From: an uncultured Acidobacteriota bacterium
GTDB taxonomy: Bacteria > Actinomycetota > Acidimicrobiia > Spongiisociales > ZC4RG35
Assembly: GCA_963828465.1 (NCBI GenBank)
Contig: CAWHEU010000022.1
Span: forward strand, 512,001 to 576,000
Direction: 5' to 3'
DNA: 64,000 bases
Shown: piece by piece, positions 1-7,248 of the stretch
Position numbering within the stretch: position 1 is the stretch's first letter
How the letters are laid out: every line of letters starts with the position of its first letter
Notes under the pieces: model-generated
The model's input: the letters and a program-made list of their open reading frames with translations, nothing else
The model's database searches: none
Told to the model about the DNA's origin: nothing
Translations under genes and position numbers: made by a program

Positions 1-1
1 A

Positions 2-154
2 GGATTGCTCCTGGCAGGGCTCATCGTCGTTGTGGCCAGGCTGGGAGGCAGCCCCGCGCCGACCGTGTCGGTGTTGTGGCTGGCACTGGTCGCTGCGGTC
101 ATCGCCGGTTTCACCGGCTGGCTGGCCGGTCGACGAAAGCGATCCGGCCCGTAG
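2..154 (+). CDS. 3' end of a membrane protein (partial, runs in from the window edge)
   Basis: Open frame GLLLAGLIVVVARLGG...LWLALVAAVIAGFTGWLAGRRKRSGP*, two hydrophobic stretches, TAG at 152-154. Confidence 0.6.
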   Translation, partial: GLLLAGLIVVVARLGGSPAPTVSVLWLALVAAVIAGFTGWLAGRRKRSGP

Positions 155-157
155 AAT
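152..157 (+). promoter_or_regulatory. Putative -10 box (TAGAAT) of rnpB
   Basis: TAGAAT lies a few nt before the P1 helix of RNase P RNA. Confidence 0.5.
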
Positions 158-160
158 GAT

Positions 161-509
161 GTAGTGAGCCCGCTGGGCGACCGCGGTCGAGAGATCGAGG
201 AAAGTCCGGACTCCACAGGGCGTGGTGCTGGGTAACACCCAGGCGGGGTGACCCGACGGAAAGTGCAGCAGAGAGCAGACCGCCGATGGCCCGAGAGGGC
301 ACAGGCAAGGGTGAAACGGTGAGGTAAGAGCTCACCAGCGTCGCAGGCGACTGCGACGGCTCGGCAAACCCCACCAGGAGCAAGGCCAAGCAGGGACGTC
401 GGCGGCCCGTCGATCAAGTCCTGGGTAGGCCGCATGAGCGCATCGGCAACGGTGCGCCCAGATGGATGGTCGTCCTCGACAGAATCCGGCTTACAGGCGG
501 ACTCATTAC
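161..509 (+). ncRNA. rnpB: RNase P RNA, bacterial type A
   Basis: Universal GAGGAAAGTCCGGACTCC near 197, GGTGAAACGG, GGCAAACCCC..GGAGCAAGGCC, 3' ACAGAATCCGGCTTACAG; GTAGTGAGCCCGCT pairs with GGCGGACTCATTAC (P1). Confidence 0.97.
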
Positions 510-547
510 GCCAAACCCCCTCTAACCAGGGGGTTTGGCCTTTTCTA
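478..547 (+). repeat. Direct repeat copy 1 (attL-like): rnpB 3' end plus terminator
   Basis: 70 bp identical to 3648-3717 except TTA/CCT at 506-508. Confidence 0.95.
510..547 (+). terminator. Intrinsic terminator-like hairpin after rnpB
   Basis: GCCAAACCCCCT-ctaacc-AGGGGGTTTGGC followed by CTTTTCT. Confidence 0.8.
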
Positions 548-720
548 GACGTTCTCCGAAGCCGCCATTGCACGAGGATTCAACAAGAGCGCCGGTCCAA
601 GCTGAGAATCGACTGCTTCGGTGGTCCGCTGGTCATCGTCAGGCCAGAGGTGCGAGTACGTGTCGAGCGTCTCCTGCGCGGTGGCATGGCCCAACCGTCG
701 CTGCACGACGGTCACTGAAC
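545..720 (-). pseudogene. Tyrosine recombinase/integrase C-terminal fragment
   Basis: SVTVVQRRLGHATAQETLDTYSHLWPD matches box II LGH...T..Y.H; no N-terminal or HxxR part upstream; points toward the att repeat. Confidence 0.85.
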
Positions 721-763
721 AAGGGTGGGGCAAGCCCCGGTGACTGTAAGAGGACCTCACTTC

Positions 764-785
764 TGTCACTGCCAGTCCATACGTT
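764..785 (+). promoter_or_regulatory. PafBC/RecA-NDp-like promoter
   Basis: TGTCAC-N10-TA-CGT-T, versus mycobacterial consensus TGTCGG-N10-TA-N3-T; ATG at 792 is 7 nt after the -10. Confidence 0.45.
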
Positions 786-788
786 CCG

Positions 789-899
789 ATGATGACCGAT
801 TGTCCGAACTGCGACCACCCGGTGATCTATCACAACGAGCATGGATGTTTTGCCGCACCGGATTGTGACTGCACCGAACAGTCCGACCGCGCAAATTGA
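789..899 (+). CDS. Small Cys/His-rich putative metal-binding protein (35-36 aa), absent from the ORF track
   Basis: MMTDCPNCDHPVIYHNEHGCFAAPDCDCTEQSDRAN*; CxxCxH...H...C...CxC; leaderless-type promoter just upstream. Confidence 0.55.
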   Translation: MMTDCPNCDHPVIYHNEHGCFAAPDCDCTEQSDRAN

Positions 900-1063
900 G
901 ATGGTGCGGGCGGCGGCCTGACCGACGCGAGCAAGGGAAGGTTCGCGAAAAGTCGATGGACCCCAAACGACGCCATGAGCGATTGCATGGGTGAGGACTC
1001 CCTGGGCGTTCAGGTCCTCGAGGAAGGTCCCGGTCTCACCAACTGGCCGAGGGCGCTTCCGGG

Positions 1064-1110
1064 ACGACGAGACCCCCTGGGTTTGATGTGGGCCAGGGGG
1101 TCTGTCGTTT
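1064..1110 (+). repeat. Hairpin family A, copy 1
   Basis: ACGACGAGACCCCCTGG-loop-CCAGGGGGTCTGTCGTTT; related to 2082-2132. Confidence 0.75.
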
Positions 1111-1238
1111 ACCCGCTTCGCTCCGAACGACTGTACCCGGCCACGCCGGGCCGATTGAGTGGGCAGCAATAAGTGTTTGGTGCGGGGGGCGCCTTGTGCG
1201 TCCGCTACGAACCCGCACAAATCGACAACCCCCCAAAG

Positions 1239-1282
1239 CTCGTCGAATCACGTCAGAAACGGCCAGCCATTGGGGGGTTCTC
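1239..1282 (+). repeat. 44-bp intergenic repeat B, copy 1
   Basis: CTCGTCGAATCACGTCAGAAACGGCCAGCCATTGGGGGGTTCTC; 43/44 identical to 2760-2803. Confidence 0.95.
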
Positions 1283-1308
1283 TCTTGCGTGATCCCTAAT
1301 CTCCGCTG

Positions 1309-1836
1309 GTGGATCACTTCTTTGGAGAAGACCTCCTCTTTGAAGTGCCCGTTTATCGGATCTCCTACGACGAGTTTCACAAGGAGTTAAAAGACACCAT
1401 TCTGGAGACCGCAAGGAACATGGAAGGCTCAGACTCATGGGGTCAGCTTCCTCACGCGGAGATCCGCGAGGAAGCTGAGAGATGGGCGCTGCGAAGGTAT
1501 GGTCGCCCGTACTGGTACAACGAGATGATCGGTGTCATCCGCATATACCAAGACGGCGGATCGATCAAGGGTCAATTCTGGGGTCAGCCTCAGAAGTCAT
1601 TTCGTCGGAACTTCCGCCATTACAACTACCGGGACCGGGGTCGTGTCATCGAAATCCATGAACCGCCAGGTGACCTGACCTCGATGGATGTGTATGAGGA
1701 GCTGAGGGATGACCTTCGTGGCCTCACTCGAAAGGGTGGAACACTCGAGCGCAGACACGTCGATCTGAGCACGTTTGAGCGGCTTGGGCCCTACATCGAT
1801 TGGTTGAAGGTGTTGGGCTGGCGACAGGGCACCTAG
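1309..1836 (+). CDS. Hypothetical soluble protein (175 aa), island cargo
   Basis: Protein-like composition (FEVPVYR, YNEMIGVIRI, GPYIDW); TAATCT -10 box 7 nt before the GTG. Confidence 0.8.
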   Translation: MDHFFGEDLLFEVPVYRISYDEFHKELKDTILETARNMEGSDSWGQLPHAEIREEAERWALRRYGRPYWYNEMIGVIRIYQDGGSIKGQFWGQPQKSFRRNFRHYNYRDRGRVIEIHEPPGDLTSMDVYEELRDDLRGLTRKGGTLERRHVDLSTFERLGPYIDWLKVLGWRQGT

Positions 1837-2081
1837 GTCCGGGCCCGCAGCACCGTAATGAAGAGGCCTACCGGGGGCCCGTGATGTTGGACGATTGGCG
1901 ATGCGTGCAGTGGTTGTCACGATGTCGAGGCCCCAACAAACCAGTTACGAAGACGCGTCGATCCTCACGGGTTAGGCACGACCAAAGTTTCGCGCTTTCG
2001 TTTTCGCGCCGTGGAAATTGGGAAAGTGAGTGCCCGAATAGGAGTGCAGGGCGTCCAAGTCCGGCGAGCTCCGTTCCACAC

Positions 2082-2132
2082 ACGACGAATCCCCCTGGAT
2101 TTGGGGGAGGCTCCAGGGGGATTCTGTCGTTT
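2082..2132 (+). repeat. Hairpin family A, copy 2
   Basis: ACGACGAATCCCCCTGGA-loop-TCCAGGGGGATTCTGTCGTTT. Confidence 0.75.
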
Positions 2133-2199
2133 CCCTCCGTTGAGATTGCACCGAGGAGGACCGAATGGCTGGATATCAGGACGGAGAGCTGGCGGCAAC

Positions 2200-2706
2200 G
2201 TGATCGTCCTCATCCGCCTCTGGGCTTTTCTCCGCTACGTCTTGGCGTTGGCCGGGTTTGTGTGCCTCCTCCTCACGGTGAGCACTGTCACCGGGTGGTT
2301 CACCGTGTCCGCCGAGGGCGCGCAGCTCGAGTGGTATTGGCTGCTCGCCGCAGCGTTCATGCTCGGCTTCCTCAGCACCGTCGGTGACACGCCATTCCCA
2401 GGTGTCTCCCGCGATGGACCTCGCCAGGTGGCTCCGGATCGGCTGGCTCCCAGTCTCGGTCATCCCATTCCGGAAGTTATCCGGGCGATGCTTGTCGCAG
2501 GAGTTTGGGGAGGTCTCACCTACCTGCTTGGCCTCCATCCGATCGTGATTTTTGCTGTAGCGGCCCTCGTCGGGATCGGCTTATCACTCCGCCGACAGAG
2601 GAGAGGGCGGCACGGTGTAGCAGCTAGAGACAGGCTGAGGAGATCCCAAATTCAGGACCGCTCTGAAACAGGGCCGAAGCCAATGATTGGGAGCTGGTGG
2701 CCATGA
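2200..2706 (+). CDS. Hypothetical membrane protein (~4 TM), island cargo
   Basis: Four hydrophobic segments; GTG start overlaps the stop of a 12-aa mini-ORF (GTGA). Confidence 0.65.
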   Translation: MIVLIRLWAFLRYVLALAGFVCLLLTVSTVTGWFTVSAEGAQLEWYWLLAAAFMLGFLSTVGDTPFPGVSRDGPRQVAPDRLAPSLGHPIPEVIRAMLVAGVWGGLTYLLGLHPIVIFAVAALVGIGLSLRRQRRGRHGVAARDRLRRSQIQDRSETGPKPMIGSWWP

Positions 2707-2759
2707 GGCAATCCCCGTCGGGGGGTTCTCTATTCGTGACATGTGGAATCGAAAAAAGA

Positions 2760-2803
2760 CTCGTCGCATCACGTCAGAAACGGCCAGCCATTGGGGGGTT
2801 CTC
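2760..2803 (+). repeat. 44-bp intergenic repeat B, copy 2
   Basis: CTCGTCGCATCACGTCAGAAACGGCCAGCCATTGGGGGGTTCTC. Confidence 0.95.
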
Positions 2804-2842
2804 AGCCTTCGCGGTATCTGTCGCACGGAATAACTTGATCGC

Positions 2843-3335
2843 ATGAACGAATGGCTGACGGCCCTAGCCATCCTCGCTCCCCTGCTTGGAGTCTGGATTG
2901 GCGGCGTGCTTGAACGTCGCTCCCGATCGGAAGAACGAGAGCGATTAGAGCGGTGGGAACTCGTTAAAGACTCTTCGCGCATCCTGGGACGAGTGGGCCT
3001 CCTGCTGCGAACGAGCGACCCAAAGACCTATCACCTCTTCGTCCTGCCAGGGAGTGACTCTGCAACGAAGATCACGGAGAAGAGCGACGAAGCCGGCGCG
3101 CTGGCTCCGATGATGTCGGAGCTCGCGGTCCGATGGCCAGCTGCTGCAGACGATCTTCTCATCCTCGAGAAGGGAACTCGGGATGCTTGCAATCAACCTC
3201 GGCCTGGTGGTTCTCACCTCAGACGATCCTGAGAGCGACCAACTGGACCCGGCGATTCGTTCGCACGGAAAGGCGACAGCGGCTCTGGATCGACTCACGA
3301 AACGTCTGCACAGTCGCGAGCCAGCAATCAACTAA
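2843..3335 (+). CDS. Hypothetical protein with N-terminal TM helix and helical domain; apparent +1 frameshift near 3173
   Basis: MNEWLTALAILAPLLGVWIGG...; removing one G from AAGGGAA continues EKELGMLAINLGLVV...REPAIN* to 3335; TAACTT -10 box 7 nt before ATG. Confidence 0.65.
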
Positions 3336-3474
3336 GGCCAGCATTGCATTCTTTGAGAGTCCGATGCCGGCGAAGTTTTTTCGCCACCCTCTCCGGCCTT
3401 CCCGAACTCGACTCTCCAGGTCCTAGTCTTTCGTTGACCACATCAACCGGCTGCGGCCCCTGTCCGGTGTTCTG

Positions 3475-3500
3475 GAAGCGGCCAGCCCATTGGGGTTCTC
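3475..3500 (+). repeat. Degenerate repeat B, copy 3
   Basis: GAAGCGGCCAGCCCATTGGGGTTCTC. Confidence 0.7.
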
Positions 3501-3647
3501 TGTCCGACGCTCCCATTCAACAGATATTCAACAAGAGGCCGTTGAATCAGGTAGAAACGTGTAGAAGCAGGTAGAACCGTCGGGATGGTGTTTCCCCAGG
3601 TCACCGCCGGAAAACGGCACGTCTTCCCAGGTCAGAAAGGTGCCGGT

Positions 3648-3717
3648 GACAGAATCCGGCTTACAGGCGGACTCACCTCGCCAAACCCCCTCTAACCAGG
3701 GGGTTTGGCCTTTTCTA
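3648..3717 (+). repeat. Direct repeat copy 2 (attR-like) of rnpB 3' end plus terminator
   Basis: GACAGAATCCGGCTTACAGGCGGACTCA-cct-CGCCAAACCCCCTCTAACCAGGGGGTTTGGCCTTTTCTA. Confidence 0.95.
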
Positions 3718-3924
3718 AGCCTTACGCGGTCCCCGTGAACCGGAGTGCGGGCTACTGGTCGGCCTGGTATGTCTGCCGCGTTGGATGTTTTCGGGTGGCA
3801 CTGGGGCGGCATATGTTCCGCACGATTCGGACATAGCGCCAACGTGCATCCATGGCGATTTGGCGTTCGCTCTGATAATCCACTCGCCGCAATGCCGACA
3901 CAGGGCGTCGGGTTTGTTCGACAT
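3715..3924 (-). CDS. Small phage-like protein with CxxC...H...C motif
   Basis: MSNKPDALCRHCGEWI...WMH...SC. Confidence 0.4.
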   Translation of the reverse strand: MSNKPDALCRHCGEWIIRANAKSPWMHVGAMSESCGTYAAPVPPENIQRGRHTRPTSSPHSGSRGPRKA

Positions 3925-4033
3925 CGGTTCCGTTATCGGTATCGAGCGGGAATTCCTGTACCGCGGCGGCCCGGCGTGCGGATCGGGCGACGAATCCCCC
4001 GCTGATATCGACCGTCAAGGGTTCGGTTCGCCT

Positions 4034-4432
4034 CTACGACGAAATCGCGGCGACGGCGCTGACCTCGATCAGCGCACCGGGCACTCCTAGCGCGGCCACC
4101 CGAGCGCCTACAACCGGCGGGGTCGCTCCCGCCAACTCGGCGGCTGCGACCGGATAGGCCGCATCGAGGTCGACGCCGTCGACGAACAGAACCGTCATCA
4201 TCACCAGGTCCTGGACGCTTGCGCCGGACGCGGCCAGCGCGATGTGCAGGTTCTTCATCACCTGTTGGGTCTGGGCGGCGACGTCGTCGCCACCGACGAG
4301 GGCCCCATCGCCGTCGACGGCGTTCTGGCCACCGATGTATACGGTCGTAGCGCCCGGCGGCACGACCGCGACGTGCGTGAAAGCTGGGGATTGCACAAGT
4401 CCTTCTGGCCGAAGCAGTGACGTCTGCGCCAT
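4034..4432 (-). CDS. RidA/YjgF family protein
   Basis: VYIGGQ, AQTQQVMKNL, LGVPGALIEVSAVA; RBS GAGGAG. Confidence 0.9.
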   Translation of the reverse strand: MAQTSLLRPEGLVQSPAFTHVAVVPPGATTVYIGGQNAVDGDGALVGGDDVAAQTQQVMKNLHIALAASGASVQDLVMMTVLFVDGVDLDAAYPVAAAELAGATPPVVGARVAALGVPGALIEVSAVAAISS

Positions 4433-4584
4433 GCGTCCATCTCCTCAGTCCCGACCGTCGGCCGGGTCATTAAGGGCACGATGCTACGCGTCGGCGACCG
4501 GCTCACAGGCACCTGCTCCGGGTCTCACGCAGGACTGTGCACCGGCGTGCCCAAGCTCCTTGCGCGGCTCCCTTCGACCAGGGG

Positions 4585-5367
4585 CTAGTGCGGGAGATCG
4601 AGCTCTACCCACACGGCGGCGTGGTCGCTCAGCTTGCCGTCGAGCCAGTCTTCGCGGTAACCGCACCGCGCTGCCCGCGCCGATTGGGACGCATACACGT
4701 GGTCGTAACGGCGCCGCTTCGGGTGGCGTCCTCTTGGGATGTAACTCGTTGGATTCTCCGCAAACCCATTCAGCCACCGGTAGGCGTCGCTGAGGTCGTG
4801 GTCGCGCAAGCCCCACAGGACCGCACCCTCGGCTTGCTCCCAGCGCTCCGCCAGCTCAGGGTGGCTCGACGCCCAAGTCTCGATCGACCCGTCCTCCTGC
4901 TCTGCCTGTGGGGTGTTGAAGTCGCCGCACAAGATCCGCGGCCCGTGCGCTGGGCGGGCGAGCCGAGCGTAGATGCCTTCGAACGTCTTGAGCTTCTCGA
5001 CCGGCCGGCTCACGCCGGGAGGCAGGTGCGCATTGTGGATCTCTAGGGCGGTGTTAGGAATAGACACCAGCGCTGAAAGCACCTTTTCGGGATAGGGGAT
5101 CTCGCACCCGCCCTCGGGCAGCACTCCGAGCGGCCACCGGCTCGCGATCAGATTGGCATAGCGTCGGCCGGGGCCGATCAGGTGTGTACTGCTCGCGATT
5201 GCAGTTAGACCGGCGTCCGTCAGATGCTTTCGCCAGCCGGGCTCAGACCCATGGGTGACCTCTTGAAGGCAGACGAGAAGCGGCTGCTCGCCGAGAAGCG
5301 CTTAGGCCTGACGCCCGAGGGTGGCGTCTACCCGACCATTGACGTTCCAAGAGAAGAGCTTGAGCAC
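4585..5367 (-). pseudogene. Endonuclease/exonuclease/phosphatase (EEP) family protein with in-frame TAA at 5302-5304
   Basis: LFSWNVNG...QA*ALLGEQPLLVCLQEV...LIASRWP...NAHLP...CGDFN...YDHVY...SDHAAV, all in one frame. Confidence 0.85.
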
Positions 5368-5591
5368 GCTACCGCCTATGCAGTCGCCCCCATCCTCGCC
5401 GATCTGACGCTATGCATTTCCATGCTGCCGACAATCGGATTTCTGTCCGAGAATGCACGACGCGGGCCGGACCGCAGCGGATTCCTGAAATCCAGCGGGT
5501 TCCAGGCGCCCCGGCATAGCCTGAATGTCGTCTGAAACCTTCCCGGCCGCTCGTGGGTCGAACCAGCGGAACCAAGAGGAGGATTGCTCGT

Positions 5592-6272
5592 ATGGTCGTC
5601 AACAAGTACCTGGCCGAGTTCCTGGGGACCTTTGTCCTGGTTTTCTTCGGGTCCATGGGGATCCTCGCCGTCGGTGGTGCCGTTGGAGCCGCCGAGATCG
5701 TTGCGATCTCATTTGCCTTCGGGCTTGCGCTTCTGGCCGGCATCTGGGCCGTGGCGCACATCTCCGGAGCTCACTTCAACCCAGCCGTGACCCTGGCGAT
5801 GCTGATCGACGGCCGGACTTCGTTCGGAGACGCGATCGGGTATTGGGTCGGGCAGTTCGCCGGTGCCACGGTCGCCTCGCTCGTGGTCATGGCGGCTACC
5901 AGCCGCGAGGCAGTCGGGGGGACGGTTACCGGTTACGCGAACCTGACCACCGGGATCATCATGGAGATAATCCTCACCGCCGTCTTCATATGGATGATCA
6001 TGGCTGTCACCAGGACGGGTGGGAGTCATGCCGCTGCCGGCATCGCCCTGACCCTGGTCGGGGTCCATTTGGCCGGCATCCCGTTCTCCGGGGCGTCGGT
6101 GAACCCGGCTCGTTCCTTCGGGCCGGCGGTGGTTTCGGGCGATTTCGACCAGCTCTGGGTCTACATCGTGTTCCCGCTTGTGGGTGGGCTAGTCGCATGG
6201 GGCCTGTACCGGCTGTTCCCAGCGGCAACGCCCTCGGCGGTGGACACGGTGGAAGTCGTGACCGAGACCTGA
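5592..6272 (+). CDS. Aquaporin (MIP family, AqpZ-like)
   Basis: AEFLGTF, HISGAHFNPAVT, SVNPARSFGPA. Confidence 0.95.
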   Translation: MVVNKYLAEFLGTFVLVFFGSMGILAVGGAVGAAEIVAISFAFGLALLAGIWAVAHISGAHFNPAVTLAMLIDGRTSFGDAIGYWVGQFAGATVASLVVMAATSREAVGGTVTGYANLTTGIIMEIILTAVFIWMIMAVTRTGGSHAAAGIALTLVGVHLAGIPFSGASVNPARSFGPAVVSGDFDQLWVYIVFPLVGGLVAWGLYRLFPAATPSAVDTVEVVTET

Positions 6273-6274
6273 CC

Positions 6275-6733
6275 TCAGGAGAAGAGCGGGTCTTCTCCCA
6301 GATCTTCTAGACCCATCACCCAGCCGGCGGGCAGCGACCAGTGGCGGGCGCCCTTGATCATCGAATCGAGGTGACCCTGCTCGGGATAGTGTTCGCCGTT
6401 GGGTGAGGCCTTGGCTACGAAGGTGAGGCAGTCGTGTTTGTTGCCCTCGCGATCGACCGCCTTGACGTCCCAGTCGGCGACACGCCCTTCACCCTCCTCG
6501 GCGTCGGTTAAGGCCCCGACCTCGCTGTCGGGGACATCGAAGATCCCGCCCCACACGGTATGACCGGACTCAGCGACCAGTGAAGGCAGTCCCTGAGCCT
6601 CGTCGGAGTCGACAAAGACCAGGCGGGTCTCCGGGAAATGGGCCGTGAACAAGAACCTTGCACCCGGCGACACGGCGGCGATCCTGTCAGGGTCGAGGAA
6701 GGATGCGTAAGCGAAGTACAGCGTCGATTTCAC
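6275..6733 (-). CDS. Gamma-glutamylcyclotransferase family protein
   Basis: LYFAYAS N-terminus, VWGGIF, EEGEG, GARHWSLP. Confidence 0.8.
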   Translation of the reverse strand: MKSTLYFAYASFLDPDRIAAVSPGARFLFTAHFPETRLVFVDSDEAQGLPSLVAESGHTVWGGIFDVPDSEVGALTDAEEGEGRVADWDVKAVDREGNKHDCLTFVAKASPNGEHYPEQGHLDSMIKGARHWSLPAGWVMGLEDLGEDPLFS

Positions 6734-6819
6734 GGGTAGCCGAGTGTAACGAGCGAATGACGGCCGCCGGTGCAAGGCTGGACCAGCCCGCAGGCGGTCG
6801 ATACATCGATAGGTGGTAG

Positions 6820-7209
6820 ATGAGTCTGAAGAACGCGGCCAAATCACCGTATTGGCGTGACGAGTTGCTCGAACTGGAGCAGCGTCTCCTCGACCCGACT
6901 GTGCGCGGGTCCCCGCAAGCCGTAATACCGCTACTGCATCCCGAATTCCTCGAGTTCGGGAGCAGCGGCCGGGTCTACACCAAGGAGATGATGGTGCAGA
7001 TGATGGTGCAGGAGACGCCAGGCGTCGTGAAGATCCGCGACTTCGACGTCCGGGAGATCACGCCCGAGGTGGCCCTGGTCACCTATCGGACCGTCGGGGG
7101 AGAGGGCAAGGAGACGCGCCGCAGCTCGATATGGCTGCGTCGGGAGTCGGGGTGGCAGATCGTGTTCCACCAGGGAACCAGAGTCCACAATCGGCTCTAT
7201 GACGGCTAG
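6820..7209 (+). CDS. DUF4440 / NTF2-like protein
   Basis: LLHPEFLEFGSSG, RRSSIW...WQIVFHQGT. Confidence 0.85.
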   Translation: MSLKNAAKSPYWRDELLELEQRLLDPTVRGSPQAVIPLLHPEFLEFGSSGRVYTKEMMVQMMVQETPGVVKIRDFDVREITPEVALVTYRTVGGEGKETRRSSIWLRRESGWQIVFHQGTRVHNRLYDG

Positions 7210-7248
7210 CTGCCATAGAGCCAAAGGTGGTCATAGGCTCGTTCGCCC

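Larger units (their letters stand above)
478..3717. mobile_element. Decayed tyrosine-integrase genomic island integrated at the rnpB 3' end
   Basis: Flanking 70-bp direct repeats, adjacent integrase C-terminal remnant, orphan cargo genes, short repeated motifs next to the distal repeat. Confidence 0.85.

Noticed and set aside
1194-1221. TGTGCG...CGCACA hairpin resembling group II intron domain V
   Set aside because: It lacks the GAGCCG/AGC triad context and there is no RT gene or domain VI.
1239-3500. Repeat B as a CRISPR array or canonical integron attC array
   Set aside because: Spacing is gene-sized and irregular, there are no cas or intI genes, and the RYYYAAC/GTTRRRY boxes are not met.
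3925-4018. AAAVQEFPLDTDN on the minus strand resembling a PIN/VapC C-terminus
   Set aside because: No other PIN acidic motifs are present and the similarity is too weak.
4498-4510. CCGGCTCACAGGC, a 12/13 match to the rnpB att core, as a third att site
   Set aside because: It is too short and the flanks do not match; it could be chance in GC-rich DNA.
5224-5535. Plus-strand ORF with EKRLGLTP, resembling a P27 terminase small subunit
   Set aside because: It is the antisense of the EEP gene's N-terminus (SWNV...CLQEV), which explains the sequence better.
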